Shown: in pieces, positions 1 through 9,316 of the stretch
How positions within the stretch are numbered: position 1 is the first letter of the stretch
Layout: each line of letters opens with the position of its first letter
Source: Candidatus Uhrbacteria bacterium
Lineage (GTDB): Bacteria > Patescibacteriota > Patescibacteriia > 2-12-FULL-60-25
Reading direction: 5' to 3'
Assembly: GCA_009691315.1 (NCBI GenBank)
Contig: SICT01000001.1
Coordinates: 1 to 58,766 of the forward strand
Length of the DNA: 58,766 nucleotides
The notes under the pieces: generated by a model
The model's database searches: none
Seen by the model: only the letters and a program-made list of their open reading frames with translations
What the model was told of the DNA's origin: nothing
Position numbers and translations under genes: made by a program

Positions 1-783
1 AAATCCTTCTACATCTCGCCCTTCCTGACGTGCCGGAAGAACAAAAATATCAGCCGCGGCATACCAGAGATTTCGTTCTTCATCGCTTGCCTGTAAGATA
101 AACGTGACGCACTGTTCGATGTGCTGGCTCTTAACTAAATTCTGCAAACGCTCACGATCTTCTCCATCACCAATCATCACATAATGGACGTGAGAAGGTA
201 ATTCTTTCAAAAGAACAATAAGTTGATCCAAACCTTTTCGCGATACAAGTCGCGTCACAGACAAAAGAATACATTCCTGTTCTTTTATATTTAAACGTCG
301 ACGAGCCTCGTCATGCGGAAGAAAATCTATCGGCTCAACTCCCGGAGTGAGAACCTCAACGCTTAATCCAGGATCCAATTGCTGAAGCAACAATTTTGTA
401 TATTCTGAATTTGCAATGATGAGTACAGCGGCTCTTAAAATCCGACGTGTGAGCCAACGTTTCCAAGCTGATCGACTTGCCAGTTGAATATCGAGTCCAT
501 GACACAGGATTGTATAAGGAAGCCCGTCAAACATCTGCACGATCCAAGCCGCGGTTCCAATCGGCAGAACATGACTGACAAAAATTGATTGATACCCTCG
601 CCTTCGTAAATCTCGTATCAGCTGAATGACGGATCGCCAACCAAAAAATCCTGCTTTGATCTCCGGTTGGAATACTTCCATCGCACCGTGTGAAGCATCA
701 ACCAAATTTTTTAAGTAACGCGCCACCCCTCCACGCCTCGGTGGATAATCAATCGTGATCAGAGCAATCTTCTGTTCAGGCAT
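1..783 (-). CDS. Glycosyltransferase family 4 (GT-B fold), C-terminal part cut by the window edge
   Basis: It is not in the ORF track because it runs off the window. My translation of the reverse strand from the ATG at 783-781 gives MPEQKIALITIDYPPRRGGVARYLKNL... and reaches ...PARQEGRDVEGF at position 1. These are the DYPPxxGG start and the E-x-F(G) region typical of GT4. The start overlaps the flippase stop by 8 nt. Confidence 0.75.
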   Translation of the reverse strand, partial: MPEQKIALITIDYPPRRGGVARYLKNLVDASHGAMEVFQPEIKAGFFGWRSVIQLIRDLRRRGYQSIFVSHVLPIGTAAWIVQMFDGLPYTILCHGLDIQLASRSAWKRWLTRRILRAAVLIIANSEYTKLLLQQLDPGLSVEVLTPGVEPIDFLPHDEARRRLNIKEQECILLSVTRLVSRKGLDQLIVLLKELPSHVHYVMIGDGEDRERLQNLVKSQHIEQCVTFILQASDEERNLWYAAADIFVLPARQEGRDVEGF

Positions 784-2215
784 AACGTCGTCTCAACCAA
801 TTTTTCAAAAGAGTAAAATCCTCCTGTCGTAAAAGTTTCACGATCGTCAGCAAGAGAATCGTCAGAATACCTGTACTCATCAATGCAATGATCAACGGCA
901 TGAAACTGAATACATAATGGATGATCAACCAAAGCAAGGCGGCGACGATCAATCCACGAATAACAAACCACAAGAACCAACTGATGCGTGCAACATCCTT
1001 TCTCACAAACCAAGCTCCGATCAAAAAAAGCCAAGAAAAGCTCACGACCGCAGCCCAGGCTGCTCCAACCGGACCAAGAGAAGGAACGAGCAAAAAATTC
1101 ATCACAACATTCAACACCATAGTGACTCCCATCGCGATCGTTTTCTGGCCGGCACGATGCGTTGCATTAAGCAAAGAACCAATCGGAAAGTCAAGAAAAA
1201 GTGGAATGAGAACCCAAGGCAAAATGATTAATGGGGCAACCGATCCAAGATAGGCCTGGCCATACACCAGTGGTACCAAACGCGGAGCAAAAGCGGAAAG
1301 ACCGGCCGCCAGTGGAATAGCCAAAACCATCATCAAACGGAGAGAACCGATAAACAGGCGGTTCATCCCGTCACGATCATTCGCCGCATGGACGGCACTC
1401 ATGCTGGGATAAAGCGCCGCCACAAATGTCAGGGGCAAAAATTGAAAAGAATAAGTTACTTTATACGCAATGGCGTAATAACCAACGGCAATCGCATCAT
1501 GAAATTGTTTGAGCAAAAGAGTATCAACGTAAGAATACACACGTACAAAAATTCCAGCCAGAGCAAATGGTAAAGCGAAACGTAAAAGTTTGAGAGCGGG
1601 CCAGTTGCCATCGGTCGTGAACGAAATCCCCTGTTTACGACTTTTGTGAATACTCCAAAAAACATTCCACGCACTGCCGCAGAATAAACCAAAGATCAGA
1701 CCAGATACACCGTGAAAGAAAAACACGGAGACCAACGTGACGATCGCCGTAATGATTTGTCCAAGAAACATTCCCCAAGCCTCAAAGCGTAATTTTTGTG
1801 TGCTGCGTAAAGCACCATACCAAACAAGCGAAAGATTATCTGCAGACATGACAAAACAAGCGATCGCCACGGCCACAATCGTTTCGCGTTCCGCCTGTGT
1901 TGACCAAACATAAGCCAATGCGGCAAGAGCGGCGAGCGGAATCAAGACAGACTTGATTTTGAGCGCGCGACCGAGAAGCGCTTGTCCATGCACCACATTT
2001 GCCGCCATCTCGCGAATGATCACGGGCGTTAATCCGAGATCAGCAATGATACCGAAGGCCGAAGTCACAGAAACAGCATAAAAATAGCTCCCCGTAATAT
2101 GGACTCCAACCAAGCGTGCCACCAACGTAAATGTCAAAAAAGAGATCACTTTCTGCCCGGTCGTAGCGAGGGTCAACCACAACGCATTTTGTGCCACCAT
2201 TTTTGCTTGAGACAT
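776..2215 (-). CDS. Polysaccharide/oligosaccharide flippase (MOP superfamily, Wzx/MurJ-like)
   Basis: The 479-aa ORF is hydrophobic throughout, with many predicted TM helices. The N-terminus ...NALWLTLATTGQKVISFLTFTLVARLVG... is typical of polysaccharide biosynthesis flippases. It is operonic with a GT4 gene. Confidence 0.8.
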   Translation of the reverse strand: MSQAKMVAQNALWLTLATTGQKVISFLTFTLVARLVGVHITGSYFYAVSVTSAFGIIADLGLTPVIIREMAANVVHGQALLGRALKIKSVLIPLAALAALAYVWSTQAERETIVAVAIACFVMSADNLSLVWYGALRSTQKLRFEAWGMFLGQIITAIVTLVSVFFFHGVSGLIFGLFCGSAWNVFWSIHKSRKQGISFTTDGNWPALKLLRFALPFALAGIFVRVYSYVDTLLLKQFHDAIAVGYYAIAYKVTYSFQFLPLTFVAALYPSMSAVHAANDRDGMNRLFIGSLRLMMVLAIPLAAGLSAFAPRLVPLVYGQAYLGSVAPLIILPWVLIPLFLDFPIGSLLNATHRAGQKTIAMGVTMVLNVVMNFLLVPSLGPVGAAWAAVVSFSWLFLIGAWFVRKDVARISWFLWFVIRGLIVAALLWLIIHYVFSFMPLIIALMSTGILTILLLTIVKLLRQEDFTLLKNWLRRRYA

Positions 2216-2323
2216 GCAAGAAGCGTACGTGATTTACTCATTTTTTTCAATCCCAAAAGGAACGAAGAAAACAGGAGCGAAGAAACATGGACAAGCGGAT
2301 CGAAAAATCGGTATAATAGTATT

Positions 2324-3091
2324 ATGTATCGTAGAATAGGCTTTTTTTGTCTTTTGTTATTCATCGTTGCCACCTGGAGCTGTCGTGTTTCTTTCGCCGA
2401 AGAAAATGCCATTCAATCTGTTCGTATCCTAACTCAAGAAGAAGCCAAAAGAAGAAACCTCTACTTAAGGGAACTCAGCACAACGGGGGGAGGGGGTCTT
2501 TCCTCTATGGTGAATGTCCTTCCTATCTCCTCTCGTTTGACGACTGAACAACCTCTATTGCCGATTTCAACGAAGTCGCTCCCTCTATCAAATACCAAAC
2601 AGGAATCACTACGCGGACAAACAGCTCCTATTCCTCTTGGATCCATGATTAAATTACTCGATGATCAAAATCCGAACACGCAAGAGGATACCGTCGTGTA
2701 CTATATTGATCCCGCAGGTCTTCGGCATGCCTTTCCAAATGAAAAAATTTTTCTTTCCTGGAATCCGAACTATAAAAAAGTCCTTTTAGTGAACAAGCTT
2801 GAGTTGACGACCTTTCCTCTTGCAAACACGCGCATGACGTATAAGCCTTATACGCATTTGGTAAAGATAAAAACGCAACCACGCGTTTATATCGTCACTC
2901 AAAACGCCGTCTTACGATGGGTAAAAACGGAAGCCCTGGCCAAACAACTTTACGGAAAACAATGGAAAACCCTGATCGATGATCTTCCCACAGATATCAT
3001 GAAAGACTATCAAATAGGAATGCCCATAGCCCAAAAAAGCGATATTTCCAATGTACAAAAAAATATTGCTAGAAAAAATGCGACCAGATGA
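2324..3091 (+). CDS. Secreted hypothetical protein
   Basis: I trimmed the track ORF 2099-3091 to the ATG at 2324, where a signal-peptide-like start occurs (MYRRIGFFCLLLFIVATWSCRVSFAEE). I recognise no catalytic motif. Confidence 0.6.
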   Translation: MYRRIGFFCLLLFIVATWSCRVSFAEENAIQSVRILTQEEAKRRNLYLRELSTTGGGGLSSMVNVLPISSRLTTEQPLLPISTKSLPLSNTKQESLRGQTAPIPLGSMIKLLDDQNPNTQEDTVVYYIDPAGLRHAFPNEKIFLSWNPNYKKVLLVNKLELTTFPLANTRMTYKPYTHLVKIKTQPRVYIVTQNAVLRWVKTEALAKQLYGKQWKTLIDDLPTDIMKDYQIGMPIAQKSDISNVQKNIARKNATR

Positions 3092-3109
3092 CAAAGACAA
3101 AAACTCTTC

Positions 3110-3631
3110 TTAACGCTTTGACCACTGCGGTGCGCGTCTGGCTTTTTTCAAACCGAATTTCTTGCGTTCCTTGGCGCGCGGATCACGGGTGAGATATCCC
3201 ATTTTCTTTAGTGTTTGACGATAGGCTGGATTTAAAATGATGAGCGTGCGGCACAATCCAAGACGAATGGCTTCTGCCTGTCCACGAATACCTCCTCCAT
3301 TGACCGAAGCACTCAAATCTATACTCGTTTCCAAACCAACCATTGTGAGGGGAATTTTTATGGTATTACGTAATTCTTGGGTGCCAAAATATTCATCAAT
3401 TGATCGACCGTTAACAGTAATGGTCCCCTTGCCATTTTTAATTAAACGACATCGCGCGATAGATGTTTTGCGTCGACCGACGGCACCAATCCATGAACCC
3501 CCCGTGGATTCAGCAGAACCAATCGCATCCTGCACCTCCTCCTTTTCTTCAGCGGTGGCAGATTTAGGTTTCTTTGCTGTAGCGGTTTTACGCGGGGCAC
3601 GCGGTTTTTTTATCACTTCTTCCGTAGGCAT
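3110..3631 (-). CDS. rpsI: 30S ribosomal protein S9 with a Lys/Ala-rich N-terminal extension
   Basis: The sequence contains GRRKTSIARCRL...GGGIRGQAEAIRLG...KKARRAPQWSKR, which are canonical S9 blocks. It lies directly downstream of rplM. Confidence 0.95.
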   Translation of the reverse strand: MPTEEVIKKPRAPRKTATAKKPKSATAEEKEEVQDAIGSAESTGGSWIGAVGRRKTSIARCRLIKNGKGTITVNGRSIDEYFGTQELRNTIKIPLTMVGLETSIDLSASVNGGGIRGQAEAIRLGLCRTLIILNPAYRQTLKKMGYLTRDPRAKERKKFGLKKARRAPQWSKR

Positions 3632-3635
3632 AAAA

Positions 3636-4022
3636 TTATAAAACGATAATCAAACGCTTTAATCTTTCTTTCTGTGTACGATTTTTTGGCAACATATACT
3701 TGACCGCGTGACGCAATACTTCTCCTGGTTTTTCTTGCTGAAGCTTCGCCACCGGCAAACGTGTAATACCACTCGGACGGTTGGAGGAACGAAACAAAAC
3801 TTTTTGCTCCATCTTTTTTCCCGTAAACACAAGCGCGCGAGGATTCGTCACCTTCACGATCGATCCGCTATCGATGTGCGGGATATAGCTTGGCTTATCT
3901 TTCCCCATGAGCAATCTCGCAATTTCGCTCGCTAAACGCCCAACCACTTTTCCCGTGGCGTCAATCGTAACGACTTCTCGTTTTCCTGCAATGCGTGATT
4001 CGCGTTTATGATTCCAGCTCAT
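3636..4022 (-). CDS. rplM: 50S ribosomal protein L13
   Basis: The sequence ...VVTIDATGKVVGRLASEIARLLMGKDKPSYIPHID.G... is the L13 signature region. The rplM-rpsI pair is conserved. Confidence 0.95.
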   Translation of the reverse strand: MSWNHKRESRIAGKREVVTIDATGKVVGRLASEIARLLMGKDKPSYIPHIDSGSIVKVTNPRALVFTGKKMEQKVLFRSSNRPSGITRLPVAKLQQEKPGEVLRHAVKYMLPKNRTQKERLKRLIIVL

Positions 4023-4027
4023 ATAGA

Positions 4028-4381
4028 TTATTTCACAAGTTGAATTTGAGCCGTCTCAGCCCCATCCCCGTGACGTGTGCCTAGTTTAATAATGCGTGTA
4101 TAGCCTCCAGGACGGGTGGCGTAGCGAGGACCCAATTCTTCCAAAATTTTGTTGACCGCGGATTCCATGGGCAAAACTTTCATCAACAAACGACGTGTGG
4201 CGAGAGATTTTGTTTTACCCCGTGTAATCACTTTTTCCACCATCGGTTTAACGGCTTTGGCTTTGGCCAAGGTCGTATTCACATGCTCATATAAAATGAT
4301 CGAAGTCATCAAATTATGCAACAACGCTCGGCGTGGTCCGGATGAGCGGTCAAGAGTTTTTCCAACGCGGCGATGGCGCAT
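4028..4381 (-). CDS. rplQ: 50S ribosomal protein L17
   Basis: MRHRRVGKTLDRSSGPRRALLHNLMTSIILYEHVNTTLAKAKA... is a canonical L17 N-terminus. The gene follows rpoA. Confidence 0.95.
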   Translation of the reverse strand: MRHRRVGKTLDRSSGPRRALLHNLMTSIILYEHVNTTLAKAKAVKPMVEKVITRGKTKSLATRRLLMKVLPMESAVNKILEELGPRYATRPGGYTRIIKLGTRHGDGAETAQIQLVK

Positions 4382-4412
4382 ATCAATGGTAATTCAGTGA
4401 AGAAGATGGAGT

Positions 4413-5120
4413 TTAGGCTTTTTCCTCGCTATACGTCAAGTCCTTCAACACATTCACATAATCCAATAAAACGACAACGGCTTGATTAACGGCATCGACG
4501 GCATCGATCGTTCCATCGGTTTCCACACGCAAAATCAGTTTATCAAAGTCTGTTTTTTCTCCAACGCGTGTCGCCTCTACTTTATAAGAAACATTCAATA
4601 CGGGGCTATAAAGCGCATCGATCGCGATCGTTCCTAATTCCAATTTTTCTTTGGCTCGCTCTTCCGTCGAACGATATCCGCGTCCTGGAGAAACCCAGAT
4701 CTCCATCTCAAGTGCAGCCGAAGGATCGGTTAACGTTGCAATCGGTAAATCCGTATTGATAATTTCAACTTGCGCATTTGCCTCAAAATCTTTTCCTGTC
4801 ACAACTTTTTCGCCTTTGACCAACAGACTCAACTTGACCGGTTCTTCCGAAAATAATTTCATGCGCAACATTTTCAGATTCAAAATGACTTCTAACATGT
4901 CTTCCTTGACATGAGACAACGTAGAAAATTCGTGATCAACCCCTTTAATTTTCACGGCGGTAACCGCAGCACCAGATAAAGAACCTAAGAGAACACGACG
5001 CAACGCATTACCTAAGGTCGTCCCATAGCCTTGAGCGCAGGGCTCGACCGTCAAAACACCCTCATGCGGGCGTTCACCGCGTGTGAAACGGATTTTAGAT
5101 GGAAGTAAAATTGGGTCCAT
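4413..5120 (-). CDS. rpoA: DNA-directed RNA polymerase alpha subunit, N-terminal (assembly) domain only
   Basis: ...GYGTTLGNALRRVLLGSLSGAAVTAVKI.GV.HEFST... is the alpha-NTD signature. The product is only 235 aa, and rplQ starts 31 nt after the stop. Confidence 0.9.
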   Translation of the reverse strand: MDPILLPSKIRFTRGERPHEGVLTVEPCAQGYGTTLGNALRRVLLGSLSGAAVTAVKIKGVDHEFSTLSHVKEDMLEVILNLKMLRMKLFSEEPVKLSLLVKGEKVVTGKDFEANAQVEIINTDLPIATLTDPSAALEMEIWVSPGRGYRSTEERAKEKLELGTIAIDALYSPVLNVSYKVEATRVGEKTDFDKLILRVETDGTIDAVDAVNQAVVVLLDYVNVLKDLTYSEEKA

Positions 5121-5157
5121 AGGAATGATTCATGTTTCATGATCCATGATCCATGAA

Positions 5158-5778
5158 TTATTGACGAGAATAAAATTCAATGATGAGTTTTGAATCAAAA
5201 GGTTGTTGTAATTCTGTGCCCGCTGGAATACCGGTCACTTTTCCAGAAATGGTTTCTGCATCAAGGGCGAGCCAAGAGGGTACATCCTTCTTGTTTTTCA
5301 ACAATTCCACGACCTGTTTCCAATTCCCTTTCTCACGCTTATTTTCCCGAATAGCAATCACGTCTCCTGTTTGAACATGATAAGATGGAATATTGAGGCG
5401 TTTACCGTTCACGGAAATATGAGCATGAGAAACAGCTTGGCGAGCAGCGGCGCGAGTCTTGACCAAACCTAAACGGTAGACCGTGTTATCTAAACGCGTT
5501 TCCAAGAATTGAACTAAGGTCTCTCCAGAATTCCCTCGTTTTGCTACAGCCGAACGAAATAAATTACGGAATTGGCGCTCGTTTAATCCGTAAATACGCT
5601 TGGCCTTTTGCTTTTCTCTGAGCTGTTTGCCGTAGTCGGTCATGCGGCCAAAGCCCTTTGGTCCATGAACTCCTGGTGGATAAGGACGGCGCGACAAGGC
5701 TCGCGCATGAGCAGCACGATCAGACAGCGGAATGCCTTCACGACGAGAGTATTTTGCCAGCGTTTTAAGAGTCTTCAT
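5158..5778 (-). CDS. rpsD: 30S ribosomal protein S4
   Basis: I trimmed the track ORF to the ATG at 5778, because the longer ORF would overlap the rpsK stop at 5784. The sequence contains ...YGKQLREKQKAKRIYGLNERQFRN... and ...RLDNTVYRLGLVKTRAAARQAVSHAHISVNGK..., which is the S4 domain. Confidence 0.93.
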   Translation of the reverse strand: MKTLKTLAKYSRREGIPLSDRAAHARALSRRPYPPGVHGPKGFGRMTDYGKQLREKQKAKRIYGLNERQFRNLFRSAVAKRGNSGETLVQFLETRLDNTVYRLGLVKTRAAARQAVSHAHISVNGKRLNIPSYHVQTGDVIAIRENKREKGNWKQVVELLKNKKDVPSWLALDAETISGKVTGIPAGTELQQPFDSKLIIEFYSRQ

Positions 5779-5783
5779 AAAGT

Positions 5784-6242
5784 TTAAACACGGCGTGGAC
5801 GTGGTGGTCGACAACCATTATGTGGAATTGGGGTGATATCTTTCATGGACAACACACCCACGCCATTGGCATTAAGAGCGCGCAATGCTCCTTCACGTCC
5901 CTGACCCACACCCGTAATAAAAACACTCACTTCTTTCAATCCAAAATCTTTCACTTTTTCCACCACATCGCGTACGATGACAGACGCGGCATACGGCGTG
6001 GCTTTTTTCGGACCCTTAAAGCCAACGACGCCGGCGCTTGACCAGGCCAGCACATTTCCATTCATATCGGTAAGTGAAACGATGGTGTTGTTATAGGTTG
6101 CTTGAATATACGCCTTCCCTTGAGGAATCTGCGTGTGGGCTTTTTTGCTCTTGCGAGGCTTGGCTTTTCCGGTCTTCTCCTTTTTCCCCTCTACAGGAGA
6201 ATCTGATTCGCCGGCTGGCTTTTTTTGAGTGTCGTCAATCAT
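5784..6242 (-). CDS. rpsK: 30S ribosomal protein S11 with an N-terminal Lys-rich extension
   Basis: ...GKAYIQATYNNTIVSLTDMNGNVLAWSSAG..GFKG.KKATPYAA... are canonical S11 blocks. Confidence 0.95.
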   Translation of the reverse strand: MIDDTQKKPAGESDSPVEGKKEKTGKAKPRKSKKAHTQIPQGKAYIQATYNNTIVSLTDMNGNVLAWSSAGVVGFKGPKKATPYAASVIVRDVVEKVKDFGLKEVSVFITGVGQGREGALRALNANGVGVLSMKDITPIPHNGCRPPRPRRV

Positions 6243-6248
6243 AGCGGT

Positions 6249-6635
6249 TTAGGTCTTTTCGAGTTTACGTTTACCAGAACCCATGGTACGACGGACATTC
6301 CCACGAATGGTGCGAGAATTTGTTTTTGTCCGCTGACCACGAACCGGAAGGTTGCGAATATGACGCACGCCCCGATAGCACCCAATCTCTTTCAAACGTT
6401 TAATGTTCGACAAAACTTCCCGTTTCAGCTCTCCTTCCACACGATAATTTTTTTCCACCTGATCACGTAATTTGTTTGCCTGTACTTCCGTCAAATCCTT
6501 GACACGAATTTCCGCCGCAATACCAGAAGCCACGAGAATTTTTTTCGCGGTGGTGTTACCGATGCCGTAGATGTACGTCAGAGCGACGTCAATGCGTTTT
6601 TGTGCAGGAAGGGTGACTCCAGCGATACGAGCCAT
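6249..6635 (-). CDS. rpsM: 30S ribosomal protein S13
   Basis: [34 protein letters not shown]... is a canonical S13 start. Confidence 0.95.
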   Translation of the reverse strand: MARIAGVTLPAQKRIDVALTYIYGIGNTTAKKILVASGIAAEIRVKDLTEVQANKLRDQVEKNYRVEGELKREVLSNIKRLKEIGCYRGVRHIRNLPVRGQRTKTNSRTIRGNVRRTMGSGKRKLEKT

Positions 6636-6661
6636 AGATGAGTGATGGACAATTCAGCCAA

Positions 6662-6778
6662 TTAACCTTGGCGCTGTTTATGTTTAGGATTCTTCGGACA
6701 AATGACGACGACCCGACCCTTGCGGCGGACCACCTGACAATCTCGGCACATCGGTTTTACAGATGATCTGACCTTCAT
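6662..6778 (-). CDS. rpmJ: 50S ribosomal protein L36
   Basis: It is too short for the ORF track. My translation of the reverse strand gives [38 protein letters not shown] plus a stop, which is the C-x2-C...C...H L36 pattern. It sits between infA and rpsM, as in most bacteria. Confidence 0.92.
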   Translation of the reverse strand: MKVRSSVKPMCRDCQVVRRKGRVVVICPKNPKHKQRQG

Positions 6779-6803
6779 ATAATTTCCATCGTTAATAAGA
6801 GGG

Positions 6804-7037
6804 CTATAATCTATACGTTATGCGTCCCTTTGTCAAATCGTAGGGGGTCATCTCCAACTGCACATCATCTCCAGGAGTCAAGCGGATGCGATTCATTCTC
6901 ATTTTCCCTGATAAATAACACAAAATACTCTGACCGTTCTCCAGTTTAACGCGAAAGGTTGCGCCCGGAAGATTCTCTTCGATCGTCCCCTTCACCACCA
7001 AAAAATCCTTGCTGGGAGAAGAGCCTTTATCCGCCAT
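6804..7037 (-). CDS. infA: Translation initiation factor IF-1
   Basis: I trimmed the track ORF 6804-7202 to the ATG at 7037. The product MADKG...[64 protein letters not shown] is a full S1-like IF-1. Confidence 0.93.
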   Translation of the reverse strand: MADKGSSPSKDFLVVKGTIEENLPGATFRVKLENGQSILCYLSGKMRMNRIRLTPGDDVQLEMTPYDLTKGRITYRL

Positions 7038-7107
7038 AGAAAAGTGTTTGAGACATGAAAAATGGAATGAACAAACAATACCAAAAAAAAAATCTGGCGT
7101 CAATGAC

Positions 7108-8544
7108 TCATTTAAAGGACTCCAAGGCCGTGAGCGCACGATAATCTGACCACACAAGATTGCGCCAATCTTTTGATCGTTCCAATAAATTGAGGCGGGC
7201 ATTTTTTAAGGTTGTTTGAACAAGCGCACGATCCGTTATGACGGTTGGCCAAGATTGGATAGAAAAATCAGCTAATTCCGGTAAGGCATCGGATGAGAGA
7301 TGTTCAAGATAACTCACGTCTAGTGTTGAAGACTGCTGATGAAGAAAACGCTGGATATTCCAACGAGCGACAAAACCTTCCATATTAAACAACAGCACAA
7401 AAGAAAAAAAGATGAGGGTGGAAAGAAAAGAAATTTTTGCCAAGGTGGAAAATTGAAAGCGCCTCCATAAACTCATAATCAACAGAATCAGGATAGCGGC
7501 AATAAATAAAATAACGATCATGGCCCAGGAACGTGAAACAGTCAGTCCATAGGCTTGGACATAAAGGATTAAACGCTTGAGAGCCGAGGCCAGAATCACT
7601 CCTGTCTCCACGATCAGCGTTGTGATAAGCAAACAGGTCAGAAATCTTTGAATACGGCTGGTACGATAGATTGCGCTGGATAAGAGAAAGACTAAGGCGC
7701 CTACCATCAATAACTGAAAAAACCCTTCACGGGCGTAAGACGCATAGGTAATACCCTGCAATTGGATCATAGCGGCTCCGCCAAAAAAATACACGGCTTG
7801 ATAGCCTAAAAAAATGAGAAAGAAAACATTCAAAACAATGAGAAATGTATCGAGCATCAGGGGATGGCGAATAATATTCCAATTCCGTTCTATGGTAATT
7901 TTTCCGCGATGTGCGTGTACACGCGTAAACATCGTCCAACCAAAAGCCAAGAAGAATACTCCGACAATTCCGTCACGACTCAGTTTTCCTAACAGCGGAC
8001 CGATATTTTCCGTGTTAAAAAAATGAGAGATAGATTGGCCAAACAAGGGGTCAGCTGAGGCGAACAAGGAACCAAAGATAAACAAAAACGGAACAGCGAT
8101 GATCAAGCCGAGGACGACTTGCCAGATATGCTTGCTATAAGATTCTCCGGAAAACATTTTTCCCAAACCAAGAAAAGGAAAAATCGTTTCTACAAAAAAT
8201 GAAATCGGCCAAAAACTTTTCAGCGTTTTGAGCGGTTCATGCTCAGCCGTAAGCCAGTAAGCAAAGAACGCTAGGCTAATAAAAGGGATAAAAAATCCCA
8301 GTCTATGGACTACTTCATTCGCATACAGAAGTTCCGCGATGAGCGTAAAAGCAACGGGAATCAAAAAAAGAAACGCCCAACCGTTATGAAACCCTTTAGC
8401 GAAAGCCGCAACGCCCAAGATCGCCAACAATCCAAGTAAGACAAAAAAGATAAACGCCAGCCCAAACATGCGCTCAGCCAACAAAAAATGAAACCCAATG
8501 GTCAACCCAAAGGCGATCAAAAAAATCACGAGCGAATTCTTCAT
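7108..8544 (-). CDS. Polytopic integral membrane protein of unknown function
   Basis: The 478-aa ORF is hydrophobic helix after helix, and I see no catalytic motif. It weakly recalls DUF4153/DUF4173-type proteins, from memory only. Confidence 0.6.
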   Translation of the reverse strand: MKNSLVIFLIAFGLTIGFHFLLAERMFGLAFIFFVLLGLLAILGVAAFAKGFHNGWAFLFLIPVAFTLIAELLYANEVVHRLGFFIPFISLAFFAYWLTAEHEPLKTLKSFWPISFFVETIFPFLGLGKMFSGESYSKHIWQVVLGLIIAVPFLFIFGSLFASADPLFGQSISHFFNTENIGPLLGKLSRDGIVGVFFLAFGWTMFTRVHAHRGKITIERNWNIIRHPLMLDTFLIVLNVFFLIFLGYQAVYFFGGAAMIQLQGITYASYAREGFFQLLMVGALVFLLSSAIYRTSRIQRFLTCLLITTLIVETGVILASALKRLILYVQAYGLTVSRSWAMIVILFIAAILILLIMSLWRRFQFSTLAKISFLSTLIFFSFVLLFNMEGFVARWNIQRFLHQQSSTLDVSYLEHLSSDALPELADFSIQSWPTVITDRALVQTTLKNARLNLLERSKDWRNLVWSDYRALTALESFK

Positions 8545-8628
8545 ATTTTTACTCTAGCAAACGGTTAAAGGAGCGTCTAATGTGGGCCGTTTATCGATTT
8601 CCAGTCGATGATGTTTTAAAATATGGTA

Positions 8629-8662
8629 GAATCAATCTATTGCTATAGCTTTATATTGATTC
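8629..8662. promoter_or_regulatory. 34-bp composite palindrome (operator-like) overlapping a promoter-like extended -10
   Basis: The site reads gaatcaat-ctatt-gctatagc-tttat-attgattc. The outer arms are 8 bp and the central GCTATAGC dyad shares the same centre. An extended -10, tggtagaat (8624-8632), overlaps the left arm. The site lies 23 nt upstream of the ATG at 8685. Confidence 0.6.
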
Positions 8663-8684
8663 CAATCATCTTCATTTATGCAAT

Positions 8685-9248
8685 ATGAAAAATGCAACGG
8701 AAAAATTATCTAAAGGAGAAATGATCAAACTCGTTCTCTTCGGATTAGGGGCTCTGGGTATCCTAACATCCGTCATTGTCTGTCCAGGTCTTGCGCAGCT
8801 CATTCCACGCTCATATCGAAGCCGGAATCGTGATAAAATTATTAGACAAACAATTCTTCGTCTGGATAAACGAGGATGGATTATCGCTCGACAAATCGGA
8901 GACGGATGGAAAATTCAGGTAACGAACAAGGGTCGTACGGAATTTCTGGCATATAAACTTGGTAAAAAAGGAATCCAAAAACCAAAGCGATGGGATAAAA
9001 AATGGCGTCTTCTTATATTTGATATTCCAGAAAAAAGGAAGATAACCAGAGAACAAATCCGTCGTTTTCTTCAAGACGTGGGCTTTATTCGTCTCCAAGA
9101 TAGTGTCTGGGTTCACCCATACGAATGTCGTGAGGTGTTAGAATTGCTACGTACGAAATACCGCATTCGATCAGAAGCTCTCTATGCTAAAGTTGAATTA
9201 CTAGATAATGATCACTGGCTCAAAAAAGAATTTAATCTAAAAATATGA
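8685..9248 (+). CDS. PaaX-like / Cas2-fold putative transcriptional regulator with an N-terminal hydrophobic segment
   Basis: The motif WDKKWRLLIFDIPEKRKITREQIRRFLQDVGFIRLQDSVWVHPYE matches the W-D-x-x-W-R-hhhFDIPE...GF..LQ.SVWV.P pattern of PaaX C-terminal/Cas2-like ferredoxin-fold domains. It is preceded by a winged-helix-like segment (RLDKRGWIIARQIGDGWKIQVTNKG). Confidence 0.65.
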   Translation: MKNATEKLSKGEMIKLVLFGLGALGILTSVIVCPGLAQLIPRSYRSRNRDKIIRQTILRLDKRGWIIARQIGDGWKIQVTNKGRTEFLAYKLGKKGIQKPKRWDKKWRLLIFDIPEKRKITREQIRRFLQDVGFIRLQDSVWVHPYECREVLELLRTKYRIRSEALYAKVELLDNDHWLKKEFNLKI

Positions 9249-9260
9249 ACCCATCCGTTG

Positions 9261-9294
9261 GAATCAATAGAATGCTATAGCAACGTATTGATTC
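9261..9294. promoter_or_regulatory. Second copy of the 34-bp composite palindrome
   Basis: The site reads gaatcaat-agaat-gctatagc-aacgt-attgattc, with the same architecture and length as 8629-8662. It lies 13 nt after the stop of the regulator gene. With its flanks it forms an 11-bp inverted pair (attgattccaa 8655-8665 and ttggaatcaat 9258-9268). Confidence 0.6.
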
Positions 9295-9316
9295 TTTCAT
9301 TCTTTAATGAAACAGG

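Noticed and set aside
5121-5157. A tandem catgatc-catgatc-catga motif in the rpsD-rpoA spacer.
   Set aside because: It is only 37 nt with 2.5 short repeat units. It is most simply a spacer containing the rpoA translation-initiation region, and there is not enough evidence for a regulatory element.
8545-9316. A CRISPR array or cas operon next to the Cas2-fold gene.
   Set aside because: There are no direct-repeat/spacer arrays anywhere in the window and no other cas-like genes. The protein matches the PaaX-like regulator pattern better than a bona fide Cas2.
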